Shown: positions 25,461 to 40,077 of the stretch, in pieces
Layout of the letters: every line of letters begins with the position of its first letter
Position numbering within the stretch: position 1 is the first letter of the stretch
Assembly: GCA_976551045.1 (NCBI GenBank)
Contig: CDPCPM010000213.1
Span: 4,030,001 to 4,094,000 of the forward strand
Length of the DNA stretch: 64,000 nucleotides
Direction of reading: 5' to 3'
Origin: Glaucostegus cemiculus
Taxonomy: Eukaryota
Position numbers and translations under genes: made by a program
The notes under the pieces: model-generated
Database searches by the model: none
What the model was told of the DNA's origin: nothing
What the model saw: only the letters and a program-made list of their open reading frames with translations

Positions 25461-26717
25461 GATGGAAAAAAGTAAACTGCTTCAGCCTATGGAGAAGGGA
25501 TGGAGAAAGCAAATCCTGTGGTGTTGAATAAGGATATCTTTTATTATTGCAAGCCAGACAGTGTGGCCAGCACAGGGCATTGCATAATTTGAGGGAAGAG
25601 TAATTTGGTCAAGGAATAAACAGAGTAAGAGTGAAGGAAAAAAAACATGCAATTCCATTTGGAACAGAGGTGGAGGCTGAGCTGGCTAAAAGTTCCAAGG
25701 AGCTGGGAGGTGGGAAATAGTGCCATCGATGCTGGGAGACAAGCTACTATAACCAAATTTAAACACTTACATTGGAAGTGTTCACTGGGCCAAATTGTTC
25801 TTACTATGGCTAGTGATTCCAGTGGTTACGTTTAACCACCAAAATGAAAGTCTCAGAATTACACAGACACACAGAGACTGTGGCTAACCATCAGATTCAG
25901 AAGTCCAATTTGAAACTTAGAAGACAGAGCTAAAGTCCAACAGAACAGCCTAGTTCCGGTGGAGGATTCAAAAGCTTACTGATTTCAACTGGAGATTCTG
26001 GGCCACCAGTAATGTTTTAATGCATTTTTGATTAACGAGTAATAATCTTTACTTTTTATCATTTAATTCAATATTAAATTACTTTTAAATACCTTTGAAT
26101 GTTAAAGAAATTTAAAAACAAAATCAGTGGTCTCTGACAGAAGATAATGCATCATGCATTTGATAAAATTCCAACTTGAACTTTGTATTCTGTCAAAAAC
26201 TGCCAAGAGTATTTTGAGTATGAAACAGGTCCTCCTCATCCAGCCCAGGTGGATGCAGGCCTCCAGGGACCAGGACTGCAATTTTGGGCAATAGGTTAAG
26301 TAAGCTAATGTAGACAATTTGAATCATAAATGTGGGTATATAATCCTCAAAGAAGAAATTTGGCAGGAAATACAGATACATGCAAGCATTTTTTAAACAC
26401 TAATCAATTTTCCAAGGTGCAACACACAAAGTAAGACCACCTGCAGCTTTCAGATAAAATGGTTTAGAAATTGACAGACATGAACTTGAGATCATAATTC
26501 ACAAAGCATAATACATATCACCTGTGATTTGTTTAGTACCATTTTCACCTCAACATCAGAAGGTTGTGTATAATAATCCAGGTTGTCTCTAGTACATTGA
26601 ATGTTAGCTCAGAAAATCAAGTGGAAGACTCATTTGGGTGAAGCCAAGAAGTAGCAAGGAACAGGAAACACGGGATAGAATTATGTCCAGGTGCTCAAAA
26701 AGCAACAATTATCACAG

Positions 26718-26955
26718 ATTCATAGTGATGCAGCACAGAAACAGGCCTTCAGCTCACTATGTTCATGCAAGCTATCAAATACCTACCTACACCAATCCTA
26801 TTTTTCAAACACTCATAACCTTCCGTTTCAAGTGTTCATCTAAAGACTTCTTAAGTACCATGACAGTATGTGCATCCAACAGCCACTGAGGTAGTGTTTC
26901 AGATTTCAACCACTCTCTAGGTGGAAGTAAAATTCTTCCATAAATCCTCTCCAAT
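26718..26955 (-). mobile_element. CR1 3' end
   Basis: catagtgatgcagcacagaaacaggccttcagc tail in reverse orientation. Confidence 0.7.
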
Positions 26956-26959
26956 TTTG

Positions 26960-28215
26960 AATAAAGCAAACTACGTAGGCATGAGACACAAGCTGGCTAT
27001 GGCACATTGTAAAACTACATTAAAAAGCTATGATAGTAAACGTAGGTTGTCTCTGTGGTTAAGAAGGCATATGGTGTATCCTTCATCAGTCGGGGAATTG
27101 AATTTAGGAGCTGGGAGGTATTGATGCAGCTATATAGGCCCCTGATTTCTAGGGTAAGGACATTTTGGCACAGCTTTGTGGGCCAAAGGGCCTGAATTGT
27201 GCTGTAGTTTTTCTATGTTCTTAGCAACAGCTAACATTTAAAGAATTAATGCATAGTTTACATGTTTTATATTTAAGACAAGACAATAAACAACAGGAAT
27301 AGCAGTCTAGCCAGTGCTATCAAGTGGATCAAAAGAAAAGGCTCAGACTATTGCCAAAAAATTTTCCCAGCCTGAGGACTGGGAATTCAGCAAAGGAAGA
27401 CCATGGCATTGATAATGGAAAATAAAAAAATAAGTGAGCTGGAAATATGAAAAAAAAATTAACTACAGAGCGTCTATTGATATGCAAACAGGAAAAGATC
27501 AGCAAAAGTTAATGCAAGTTCTTTATAAACTGAGACAGGAGAAATGATGTTAGGGTATAAGGAAATGGCAACAAAATTAAATAAATACAAGTCTGTCTTC
27601 AGAGAAGAAAATACTAAAGCTCCCAGAAATAGTGGAGATCAACAGGTCTAAAATAAATGAGAATTCAAAGAAAGTAGCATACATTATAAAAAGTAGTATT
27701 AGAGACGTTAAAATCACTGTAAGACAATACATCCCCAAGCAACTGAAGACCCATATTCTAGTGTTTTCAAGGGGCTCACTATGGAGATAGAGGTCTACCA
27801 ATTGATAACTTCCACAATTCCATTCTGAACTGTTCTTGCAGATTGGAAGGTAGCCCACTATTTAAGGAAGGAGGGAGGGGGAAAACAGGGAACTATGCAC
27901 CAATTAACCTGATATTAGCAGTAGGGATAATGCTGGCATCTACTATTAAGGAAGTGGGATAATACTGGCATCTACTATTTAAGGAAGTGGTAACAAGCAA
28001 TTTGAAAATAATAATAGGGTTGAGCAGAGTCAACATGGATTATGAAAGAGAAGTCATGTTTAACAAATCAGTTGGAATTTTGAGGTTGTAATATAACAAT
28101 GGTGAACCAGTTGATGTGGTATATTTCAACTTTCAGAAGGCCTTCAATAAAGTGGCATGGATGAAATTATTAAAACAAAATTTAGATGCATGGTAACAGT
28201 GATAACATACTGGGA
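26960..28215 (+). mobile_element. CR1 fragments: short 3' tail at about 27147-27220 and ORF2 internal region at about 27280-28215, with a ~33-bp tandem duplication at 27923-27990
   Basis: DWKVA...FKEGGRGKTGNYAPINL, QSQHG...SCLTNQLEF and VDVVYFNFQKAFNKV. Confidence 0.8.
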
Positions 28216-28329
28216 GGAATGTTCACTCTTCTTTAATATTATTGTTTTGTTTCTGAGTTTGTAACATTGATAACTTTCTTGTGTAGGTGAAGCTATTACT
28301 CAGAAATATTGTGGATGCAAGAGCAGCCA

Positions 28330-28905
28330 GTGTATCATACAGCATGCAACTCATTTCCCAAGTGCCCAAAGTCTTTGCAATATTTACAAGGCACAAATCA
28401 GGAAAGCAATGGAACACTCTAGTTACCTGAGTACAGCTCCAATAATACTCAAGCAACTTAACACCATTTGGGACAGAGCAGCCTATGCAATCAGAATCTC
28501 ATCCACCACACTAAATGTTCACACCTTCCCCCACTGGTAAGTAGTGGCCACAGTGTGCGTCATCTACTAAAAGCTCCACAGTTACTTCCCTAAGCTACTC
28601 CAGCATCTACCAAATTCACTACCTCCACCACCAAGAAAGGCAGCAGCAGGGACATGTAAATCTCAATACCATCAAATTTCTCAAGTCATAAGCCATCTTA
28701 ACTCGGAAATATATTGTCTTTCTACCTTCTTCTTTGGGACTAAATTCCAGAAACCCTTGCCTAATAATCTTTACCAGGAGGAATACAGTAGTTCAAGGTG
28801 CATTCAAGATGGCTCACTGCCATCTTCTTAAAGGCAATTAGGAAAAGGCAAAAACAAATACCGTACCCTGCCCCAATGCCCACATCCTGCACATGAATGA
28901 AAAAT
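28330..28905 (+). mobile_element. CR1/L2-group LINE (family B) 3' end
   Basis: Colinear with 25000-25460; tail ggcaattaggaaaaggc...tgcccacatcctgcacatgaatgaaaaa. Confidence 0.7.
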
Positions 28906-29444
28906 TGTTTCAAAATGTGACCTTCAGATTGATAAAAGAAAATCATGCTATGGTTCTCTAAAACATCAAATTTAGGTTGACATACTCTTTCTCTCACTTG
29001 TACTGGAAGAAATTTTCCTGTATTATTGTTATATTAAAGAAACTGAAACTGCAAATCATCTGAATCAACAATTTTTTTTTAATTTTTCAAATACAACAAT
29101 GGCTCTTTTAACAAGAAGAAATCTTCCAAGGCAGGCCAAAAGTACAGGCAACCAACCCACGTTAAAGGTCAGTGGGGGGTTGTTTTACACAAAAATGGTT
29201 CATTTTGCAATTTTCGGTAACACAAGATATTCGAATTGAAAAAAAACATTTTATGTTGATTTATTTTATTTTCTCCCACAGAGATTCCATGAGTGCAAAT
29301 TTTATTCCTCACTTCAACTTTTGGGGAATGAGTTGTGAATTCTGTAAGGACAAACTTCTTTAACCCCAATGGCTATAACCCAATATCACCTTTGTCAGCA
29401 TATAATGGTCCCTGAGGCAGGAGTGGAAGGAAGGGATAACTGGA

Positions 29445-29790
29445 AGCATAGTGCACAGTGGCTCAGCTAACAGAACTGCTACCTCACAGTTCCTGTGACC
29501 GGGTTCAATTCTGATATCCAGTGCTGTCTGCGTGGAGGTTACATGTCCTCCCTATGACAGCATGGGTTTCCTTTGGGTGCTCCAGTTCCCCCTCTCATCC
29601 CAAAAAGTGTGCAGATTGGTAGGTTAATTGGCCACTAAGTTGCTACTAGATTGTAGATGAGTGGTAGAATTTGGAGGGTAGAGAGATGAAGAGAATAAAA
29701 TGGAATGAGTGTAGGATTAGTGTTAATGGGTATGATTATTGGCATGAACTTGATGGGCCAAAGGACTCGTTCCTGTGGGCCAAATGACTC
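29445..29790 (+). mobile_element. tRNA-derived V-SINE (HE1-like) with CR1-type tail
   Basis: B-box ccgggttcaattct; V-domain gggtttcctttgggtgctccagttcccc...catcccaaaa; tail gggccaaaggactcgttcctgtg. Confidence 0.8.
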
Positions 29791-30094
29791 TTTGTCAAGA
29801 GCTGGATCTTCTACAGATCTTTAAGTTAAGAACAAAGGATTAAAAGGGTTAAAAGCTCCGAACTCTATGGTCATATGAATTATGGAACAAAGAGCAGTAC
29901 TGCAAAAGTAGACTAAGAGCATCAGTGTTTGGAAGAATTTGTATGGCTGAAAGACCTCCGAGATACAATGGAACAAAATAATGAATAAAGAAATTGAAAT
30001 TTGGGGACAACAAAAGATGAGATGACAGAGGAACTGGAGTCATTGTGAGAAAAAGGTGCTTCTGGAAGAGTTCTGAACAAGTTGGATATTGAAG

Positions 30095-30381
30095 AAGATT
30101 AAGATATCTTATTAGTCACATGTCCATCGAAACACTCAGTGAAATGCATTTCTTTTTTGCGTAGGGTATTCTGGGGGCAGCCTGCAAGTGTCGCCACACT
30201 TCTAGTGCCAACATAGCATGCCCACAACTTTCTAATCCACACATCTTTGTAAAGTGGGAGGAAACCAGACCACCTGGAGGAAACCCATGCAGACACAGGG
30301 AGAATGTACAAACTCCTTACATACAGTGGCTGAAATTGAACCCGGGTCGCTGGCGCTAACTGCTACACTACCATGCCTGCC
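30095..30381 (-). mobile_element. Young V-SINE
   Basis: gggaggaaaccagaccacctggaggaaaccca and reverse B-box ttgaacccgggtcg; CpGs retained. Confidence 0.85.
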
Positions 30382-33300
30382 TAGATGAGGTTGCATGAAT
30401 ATAGTTTAACCAACAGGTCACTGAGGCAAAAATGGGAGCATGCAGAAATAAGTAGTTATTGTGAAAGATGTGAACAAAATCCTTCTCAAGAAATGAAGTG
30501 AGAATATTGCAGGACAAACACATGTTGGGATTCAGCTGGGTACAATGAAATTCATACAAGTGGAATCTCAGAGATAGTCAGGGAAGACAAATGTGATAAT
30601 TCTTCAGCTGAAAAGTTTTTCCATGGGCGATACCTGATTGAACAGTGTTTCCTGCTTTGCTGTCTCTATTTCAGACCTCTGAAATACACGTTCATGAATT
30701 AAGACAAACAGGTTTTGTTTCATTTTCCTTGAAAGGCATGCCTGAGGAAATTTAGTGGTTAGATATATATGAACATTTATGACAAGTGGAAAGGCCAAGT
30801 GAAAAATAAATGACACATTTAAGTTCAATAAAGGAATTTGTAGTATGTTGTATTACGGTGCTCAAAATGTGATTCCATAATCAAAATTCAAATCATGGTT
30901 CCAAGCCTCATTGGGTCTAGTAATGCTCCTAACTCGGAAGCTGCATAATGCACTTGGATTACAGAAACTTGAGATAAATAAAATGCTATTGAACTGCAGT
31001 GTACAACCTTAAATGAACATAAGTACAAATTTTAAACCTTAATGAATTATTCTACATCTCTACAATCATTCTGATAAAGCAAAGAGAGTTTTCTATTATT
31101 AGGCATCACAAGTATGCCTAGAGAACCTTCAGATGCAAACATTTCAAAGTACACTGGTACCATCAAGTGGCTAAAATAGGTTCAGCAGACAATCTATCTA
31201 TTTATGAATGGTGAGCTCTCCCCATGGGCCAGCTCGTCCTAGACTCTGATATAATTTAGTTTTAAAAAATTAAATATTATTTTAATTATTTAAATCTATT
31301 CAAATACTTAAACAATATTGAAATAAAAAAGGAAAATCTCTTTAAAATGCCAATAAATAAATACAAACTTAAGGAAAAATAAAGCAGGTCAAGTTCTTAC
31401 CAATCTGAAACAGGATAACTGCCAGATTCAAATAAATGACCTCACTGTTTGTGACTTGGACCTCTCTGGCTTAAATTTGAAGGTCAGATGCATAGTATAC
31501 CTGGATGTTTTCTGCAACAGTGACTATCCCATCATAAAAATGGTATGCTCAGCAGTGCAGCAGTCAAATGCACTGGTATCTGAACTCCAACTTGTGCCAA
31601 TGACTACACACATACAGAAGTCCAAGAGAACTGGCTCTCACTCAGCATTATTTGGTCACTGATGTGTCAAAACATGCTCCCTTGTCTTGTAAAGACATTA
31701 CAACTTACGAGGATGAGAAAATGAATACTTGGTTTGTCACGATACTTAAAAATAAAATCAAGTAAATCCAATCTGATCACTGATAGTGGAAAAATGATAG
31801 CGAACAGTTCCTAATTATTAAGTACAAGCACTTAAGTACGTCTCTTCAAAACATTATACTAGTTCCACCAATGCTTCAAAAAGTTATTCTTATGCTATCT
31901 AAACCAACACTTAATCTATTAAATCAGCAAAGTCATAATTAATGTTCTCAATAAGCACTTCTTTTAAGTCTATTATAAATTATAAACATTACTTCTGGTA
32001 ATAGTGTGTCAACAATTTTCTTCTCTTTCTTGTCATTGACAGTAAGCAAATATTTATCCATTTGTCATTTCTGTATGCCATCTACCACCTTCCCTTCCTG
32101 TTCAGTTTGCAAACTGTTATGCTTCATGAACAAAAGGCATATGTTCCAACAATGTACAAGTCTAATAGCAACACATCTTGGGAGAAATGGTGCAAATGCA
32201 TAGGTTCTAACAGCCTACTTGTGCTGATACTCGCAAGTTCAAATGGCATAATATCTTCAAGCCAGGAACAATATGCTATAAAACACAGTGGTTTACTTTG
32301 CTACTAAACTTTAATTTCCACTTAAGATTTAAAAAGTACAAAATATATGGAGGTTTGGTCTTCTTCCTTGCCTCTGGAAATATGAAGTGTTCAAGACTCC
32401 TACTTGAGCTTAGCACATTCTTCATTCTTCTACAGGAATAGATTGGATAGGAAAGGGAAGGGAAGAGATAAGAACGAGGCTTGGTATTTTTGCATGTGAG
32501 TCTCACTTTCCGTTGACTACTGAATCACTCTTCTATGGACAATGCCTCTTCTCCTGTGCCATCCTATTATGCATAAACAATTTACATTTTTGTTTCTATA
32601 TAGTCTCAATTTTTATGAAAAAGATAACTTCTAGGCATTGGATTTCTAAGAAACTCTAATCTACCCATTCATTATATAAAAAGAAAATCTAAGTTAGTGA
32701 ATGACGTTCACTAAGTCTTTCTAAATTAAATTATTCACGTTAATATAGAAAGACTTATTCAGAATCACTGGCGTCTAATGAAAGAAAAGTTTTATCCAAT
32801 CATATTTTGATTGGATAAATACAAAAGTGCTATTCTTCTATACACTAAAGTCATCTTGTTTCACTTAAATAAAAGCAAATTCAACTATTTTTCTACACCC
32901 TGACTGCTGAGCATGGGTAAAAACCTACTTCAACAGCTATTTAAATATCTAATTTTCTACATTTATTTTATCTCCATGTGCTCAGAAATGGAGTGTACAG
33001 CTTATGCCAGACAATTTTTCTCAAATACCGGGACAATGAGTTTATTAAAATTATATCTTTTGCAAACACAAGCTAACAAATTGGTAATTGTTTTAGACTT
33101 GCATCATATAATTTTAAGGGAGCTCACTATCATTTTTAGGTACTTTCACCTAAGCAGTTACTTGAAATACAAGGGAAACCTCTTGTTTAAATCAACAGCT
33201 TTCCAAATCTATCCTGAAGGAAAAACAGGTAAAAAAAATTCCTAAGTGCGATATTTATTCAATCCTGCACTAACAGGTTTCAATGAAACGATGAATAAAA

Positions 33301-33462
33301 GTGATTACACTCAAGGGAAGTAACGTCCAATCTATCAGGACTAACAGTAAAAAGCCTATTGTGAAAATGTTCTTTTAAGGAACTTTGAGGAGCAGCACTG
33401 AAAACGTTTTAGGTTAGTGGTTGCCTCAGATGGTTAAATACCGTAAGAATCAATTCTTCATG

Positions 33463-34392
33463 TTATACATGACTGTTAGCTAAGCATAGCTCCAATGCCA
33501 TACACAAATTCGCTGATGACGCCACTGCTGTTGGACAAAAATCACAAGTGATGATGAGTCAGCATAGAGGAGTGAGATAGGACTCCGGGTTGAGTGGTGC
33601 TGCAACAATATCTTGCTCAGCATCTGTAAAACTAAAGAACTGATTGCTGACTTCAGGAAGGAGAAGGAGGGCAATCATGCGCCAGTCTAAATTGGGGGAC
33701 CAGCAGTGGAGAGAGTCAGCAGCTTGAAATTCCTGGACATTAATACATCAGATGACTCAGCCTGGGCCCAGCACATAGATGCAATTCCAAGGAAAGCACA
33801 CCAGCATCTTTACTTTCTTAGAAGGTTAAGAAGATCTGGCAAGTCACCAAACACTCTTAACAAATTTCTACAGATATACTGTTGAAAGTATCTTAACTGG
33901 TTGCATCATGATCTGGTACAGCACCTCGAATGCACAGGAACACAAGAAGCTGCAGAAAGTAGTGGACTCAGCCCAATACATCACAAACACATTCCTCGCC
34001 AGTACCAATAGCATCCACATGATGTGCTGCCTCAAGGAGGAAACATCCATCAAAGATTCCCACCATCCAGGCCATGCAATCTCCTCACACTTACCATCAA
34101 GCAGGAGTTTCAGAAGCACAAAATCCCACCAGGTTCAGGAACAACTACTTCCCCTTCAGCCATTCGGTTCTTGAACCAACCGGCACAACCTTAATCAGTA
34201 CCTCAGTATAGCAACATTGTGACCACTTTGCACTATAATGGACTTTATTTTGTTTGTTCCAATTCTGTTCTTTTTTTGTATAACTTATATTTATGATTAT
34301 ATTATGAATTTAGTGTATCTGATGCTACTGCAAGTTTTTCCAATGCATCTGTGCAGACATGTACTCGTGCATATAACAATAAACTCAACTCT
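33463..34392 (+). mobile_element. Rex1/Babar-clade LINE 3' portion
   Basis: KFADD at about 33506-33520, KTKELIADFRK, YRYTVESILTGCIMIWY...KKLQKVVDSAQYIT...IKDSHHPGH; AATAAA near the end. Confidence 0.85.
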
Positions 34393-34599
34393 TATTATTC
34401 ATGCACCCAAAAATGGAACAGATAGGGAATCTGTACTTTTGGGGATAGACTTTTCTTGTATATTATGTGGTCATAAAACAAAATTAGAAAATGAGATAAT
34501 GGAGCAGGGCCATCAGCATTTAAAATATTATCATTTTAGGGCTTTGGCTCTGCCAAGGGAAAATTCAAGTTAAAACAGATTAACCTTGGTAGGGAAGAA

Positions 34600-36490
34600 C
34601 TTGCTGGCAATTATAATCAAGAACAAAATAATCATTTGTTTAGGTATGGATTAATAAAAGGAAGGCAGCATGGATTTATTCAAAACAAATTATCTTTAAA
34701 TTTCATTGAGTTTCTTGATGATGGCAACACTGTTGAGGTGCATTTCGGTTTAAAATACATTTAACGAACGCCACTTTATAAACTTGACAGCAAAACCGAT
34801 GTCCATAGAATGCACGGGCTGTGGCACGGAGAAACAGTAAAGAATATGTCCTATTGAACATCTGTTTTTAGTGCAGGAGGAAGGTAGGAGTGTTCCCAAG
34901 AGCTGGCATTTGCACCACCACTTTTCTTGAAAGACTTAGTGAATAGGTGACCATTTCAACACTTAGAGATGACATAAAAGTCAAGATATAGTAAACAACA
35001 GAAAGGATAGTAATAGATTTCAGAAGGGATATAAACAGGCAGAAAGAATGAACAGATAAATGCCCAAGGGAATTTAAAGCAGAGAAGTGTGAAGTGATGT
35101 ACTTTGGTAGGAAGAATGAGCAATGGCAGCATTATATAAGGGATACAAATCTCATGGGGGGGTTCCAAGAATGGCAAGAACAAGGAATACACTTGTACAA
35201 GTCTTTAACAGTGACAGAACAGGTTGAGAACAAGATTTAAAAAAAAACCTACCAGATCTAGGGCTGTAGACATAAAGGTCTAGAATATAAAAAACAAGGA
35301 AGTTACAATGAACTACTTAGGCCACAGCCACAGGATTGTATCTCATTCTGGTCCTTGCATTGAGAGAAAGGATGAGAATGATGTAGCGAATACAGAATAG
35401 ATCTACTGGAATAGTCTGGGGAAAGAGCTTTAAAAGACATTTTCAGACTGAAAAGGTAATGGTCATTTATTATGACATAGAATAAGGTCATTCAGCCTAA
35501 CAGGTCAATGCTTTCTCTCAGCAAAGCAGTCCCACCCCTATCTTATTTATCTTTAGCTCTGGAATTTATTCTTTTTCATATGTCCAACAACTCTCCTTTG
35601 ATTCTTTTGGCTACATGTCTACACTTAATGGTAATTTACTGTAGCCATTTAACCTAATAATGCATTCTTGGTTTGTGGGAGGAAACCAGAGCACCAGGTG
35701 GAAACTTGGAGAGAGTATATACACACATTACACAGACAGCAGAAGGTCAGAAGCAAAGCCTAGCCGCTGGAGCTGTGATGCAGATGTACTAACTGCTACA
35801 TCACCCAAAGGTATTCACTATACAGCAAGGAAGATTGCAACATGATTTTCTGTTTCTGTTATTTGATAACATTGTTCAAAATGATCAAAGATTACAAAAT
35901 GAATAAAGAGACACTGTTTCTGTTGGTAAAGGGATCAGAAACAAGATGACTCAGCCTTAAGGTGACAGCAAAAGAACTATAGGTGGCATGAGGAAAAGTG
36001 CATTTACAGAGAAAATAGTCATAATGCAGAAGTCACTGTCCAAAAGGGCTTGGAAGCAGTCCATCCAGAGGTACATACAAATTATGAGCAGAAGTAGGCC
36101 ACATGGCTCCTTGAATATTCTCCACTAGTCCATAAGATCATGGTTGATCTGACGGCAACCTCAACTCCACATTCTAGCCTCTCCGGTAATCTTTCAATCA
36201 CTTGCTTATCGTAATCTAATTAATTCTGCTTAAAAATATTCAATGGCTTTATTTTCACCACTCTTTGAGAATGAGAGTTTCAAAGGCTGTCAACTCAGAG
36301 AAAACAAAGAATCACCTCAACTCTGTGTTAATAGGGCAAACCCTTATTTTAAATTATTAATTACCAAAAAAATTTGGATAGATGCTGAAGGGAAAAAAAA
36401 GGGAATAGGAAAAAAATGTCAAGATACGGGACTGCTGAGAATGTTTTTGCAGAGAGCCAACATGGACTCAATAGCACAAATAACATCCTG
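34600..36490 (+). mobile_element. Old CR1 LINE containing a nested SINE and an antisense CR1 tail (about 36075-36350)
   Basis: GRQHGF and EFKAEKCEVMYFGRKN-like segments; tail gagccaacatggactcaatag. Confidence 0.65.
35470..35805 (-). mobile_element. V-SINE
   Basis: gtgggaggaaaccagagcaccaggtggaaac...ctggagctgtgatgcagatgtactaactgctac. Confidence 0.7.
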
Positions 36491-38279
36491 ACTTGGTTTT
36501 GAATCTAATAAAATCTACAACAAAGAAAGACTCATTGATTTGACAACAAATGGCAACCCTAGTCAGAGGTGCAAAAACAAAGTAAGAAACTTTAGACGAT
36601 TGCAAACAATACCATTTCTGACAGCAGCAACAATGCAGACTATTTGATTAATTATATGAATAATGCTTCAAGGAGGCTGGGTCCAGAAACTTAATAAATA
36701 TTCCTTTCCCAAAACTGATATTGTTTACCCAACATAAAAAAGAATCATATTTTTTGTTAACACAGACCTTTGAATCCACCCTTCTAAATTAATTGTTCTA
36801 ATATCAACTCCAAAAATATCCTTTTCATACTTAATGTTGAAAATTCTTCAGAATTCTTCTGAAGGAATCTAATAATTCAGAGAGCTTCAATTTCTCTGCA
36901 ATGAATAGATGAAATGCCTGGGATATGAATACATCACTGTGCAAGTGCACAGAAGCTGAATAAATGTGTTCTAAACCAGAGGATGCTATTTCTGCCAACT
37001 CCGGCACACAATCATTCATTAACCACTTTAACATGCTACAGAACCAATAACAGAAAAGACAAAGAATGACAGAAAAAATAACTCCACAGGGCAAATTAGC
37101 TAGTAATCCAACTCTAGAATTGCGAAAGCAATCCTTTGAAAATATTTTGAAATTCTATAAAAACCTAGGTAGAAAATGCAAAATGATTCATTTCAGTATA
37201 CTGCGATGCCAATGAATAAACTGTCAATTAAGGTTATCACAAATATAACCTTAGTAATCTGCAGTACTTAAAGTAGCTGATGAAAAAGGGATTTAAAAGG
37301 GAAAAAGGGATGAAAAAGGAAATAGCAAGGATGAAAAAAATGAGACAAGAAGTCTCTTCTTTGATAGTAAGAAATAACAAAGGGTCCTATAACCTTTTCA
37401 TTTGACAGATAACCTGTTAAATATGAGCCTCTTTCAGGTTTTGTTATGAAGGTCTCTCGATACCATTATCAAATTTCAAAAGAGCAAACACCCTTCAAGA
37501 GCCTACCTGGGGTAGGAGGTTGCTCCCACTTAGTTACCCTGTAGAAGAATGTGCAGGCGCAGGCAGCTCTGCAGCAAACTGTTCAGTTATGCAACCAGGG
37601 TACGAATGCAGTGAGATTGTAACTGGTTTCTCTATCTGGTCATGTTACACTTGTGAGGATTCTCTATGATTCATGCCACGCTTGTGGGGATTTATACCAC
37701 AATCAATTACATAGTGAGGGAAAAATATTAAATTTTTGATCCAAGCCATAATTTATAATTTAATCGATTTTAAAATAACAGAAACTCAGTTAATTGCCAT
37801 AACAGACTAGACCTCTCCGACAAATCAAACCACAAAATTAACATGCATTCCCAATTCGTGCTTTCTTGCTCTGATTCACCTCAACCCTCTCTCGTGGCCT
37901 GTGCCTCCATCACTCTGACTGGCGATATCAATTGATGCTGCAACATCTAGTCATCTAGCTCATAGTATCTCTCATAATCAAGCCATTGCAACAAATCTCT
38001 TAATGTTAGTAGTGATAACAAATCAAGAAAAAATCTACCTTGTTAAAGATTTTTACATTTAGCATGCACCACATTCATCAGACAACCCTTCATCTCTTGA
38101 AAATGCTCCTCACATTTGCACCTAATGGATTCAAACAAATAACCTACACACACAAAAAAAAAGTATTTTTCTGCTAAACTATAAATCATGCTAGGGCCAC
38201 AAAATTTTCTAGTCATTAACACACTTTTAATTTTTTTTTTGAGCAACCACATTGTTTCTTTGGCTAAAGCGACAAGTCT

Positions 38280-38480
38280 GACACGTAAACAGTAAATTCT
38301 GAAAACGTCCTTCAGGTCAGTTAGCATCTGTGGAGAAAGAAACAGAATTAATGTGATGGAAGTCTTTAATCCAAAATGTTAACTCTGTTTCTCTTTCCAC
38401 AGCTGCTACCTGACCCAGAAGGGTGTTCCCAGTATACACTGTGTTTATGTCAGATTTCCATCATCTGCAGTTGTTCTGAT
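38280..38480. mobile_element. Palindromic Penelope-derived mini-element
   Basis: ggtcagttagcatctgtggagaaagaaacagaattaat paired with gttaactctgtttctctttccacagctgctacctgacc. Confidence 0.75.
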
Positions 38481-39158
38481 TTACATATTGTATGTTTATA
38501 TCCTCCAAGTACTCACCCTGGAGTTATTCCACATCTCACTCCACTGTAATACCACCACATCTCAACACTGTATAAATAGTCTCAGATCCCAGCCCTCCCT
38601 GAAGCCATCCCAGACATGACGTCTCACCCCACTTAAAGATTCCAGACCTCAAAGTGCCTACGTTTCATTATTAACATTTATTCTCAAGAGCATATTTGAT
38701 GACCAGAGTAATTCTTTCCAAAGTTTACCCCCATCCCCCACCCCACAACACTCATCTCTCTCCCATCCAGCACAAGCAATCCTCCTATAGGCCAACACCA
38801 AACACCTACTTCTTTTTAACAGGAATCTCTGTTGAGGTGGTCCTCTTGACCTTAGGCCCTTGTATCTGTAAATTAACATTATTTCATCTCTCTCCCAAAC
38901 ACGACCACTCACTGCCTATCCTTGATAATCCCACTACTTTGTTTCTCAGCTTTCAAGACACTACAAAAAATAAAATTAAATATAGCACATCAGTTAAGCA
39001 AAATGCACTGAAGAAACCTGAAGACCGAAGTAAGAGCAGATACTTAAATAATGGAACAGTTAGATTGAAAAATGAGCATCAAGACTACAATGAGATGAAA
39101 GTACATGCATTATAGAAAAGGAGAAAGAGAAACAGAGGAGATAGAGAGCAAGGAAGCT

Positions 39159-39184
39159 GGAGGAGGAGGAGGAGGAGGAGGAGA
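39159..39184 (+). repeat. (GGA)n microsatellite
   Basis: Read directly from the sequence. Confidence 0.9.
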
Positions 39185-40077
39185 GATTAAAAGTATATTG
39201 TCAAGGAATAGCAACTACAATAGTTCATTTCCTGACACAGTTCCATTCATCCGAACACAACATATCCAATGACTCTCCTTATGTAATGGAAGCTACTTTG
39301 CCTAACAGTAATTTCATTTCATGAAAAAAACAGCATCCATATTCTTGGGTTACAGTGCCCAATTCTTCTTCACCTCCACCACACACTTTTATGGTCCAAT
39401 GGGACCACTTCTTCTTGAAAGGAGGTCCAACTAGTCAAGATTGGTCACTGATAAAACTGGGCTTCATGGGCAATGTTCCAGACTGAAACAGCACCTTGGT
39501 AAACCACATTTCTTCCTTTGCCATCCCTGCTACCCACTCATCAGTTTTAAACACAACCTCCCAGTTAACCCCTGCACTCACTTCCTTGCTAACCCCCACA
39601 ACTTTGATGCTCCAAAGTTCAAAGGTTCCTGACTCTCCTGTAGCCCAGAGGGACCCATCCCTCTTGTGGCCACAACCATCCCATTGCCTAGAGGTCTGAT
39701 CCACCCATGTCCACAATGACCCTGACACAACCCACTGATGCCAGATGGGCACATGATTATCAGTTCTTTCTCCTCTGACTTTCCATCAGTCCACACTACA
39801 TTGTGCAGTCCTGCAGAGCCCACATCATCAAGTATGGCAGATAAGAAACATCAAGCAGGTAATGCAAAAATCTAATGCTAGCCTCAGTCATTTGGAAATT
39901 TTACATCTGCATTAAACTAATATACCTGAACTTTAAGGTTGAACAACTGAACCACGTATAATAAAATCGATAAGATTTTCAAATTATATGAAATTCACTA
40001 TAATAAATAATTCAATGTGACAACTTTGAATGGCAGTTTAATAACTACATTTAAACTTTATCAAGCACCAATCTTAG

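Noticed and set aside
29445-29520. tRNA-like A/B boxes (also at about 61063, 30320 and 46870)
   Set aside because: These are SINE heads with no cloverleaf, followed by V-domain and LINE tail.
31395-31660. Possible extra minus-strand exon ending at a GTAAG donor near 31400
   Set aside because: No convincing acceptor, frame or HDAC similarity; cannot be supported without RNA data.
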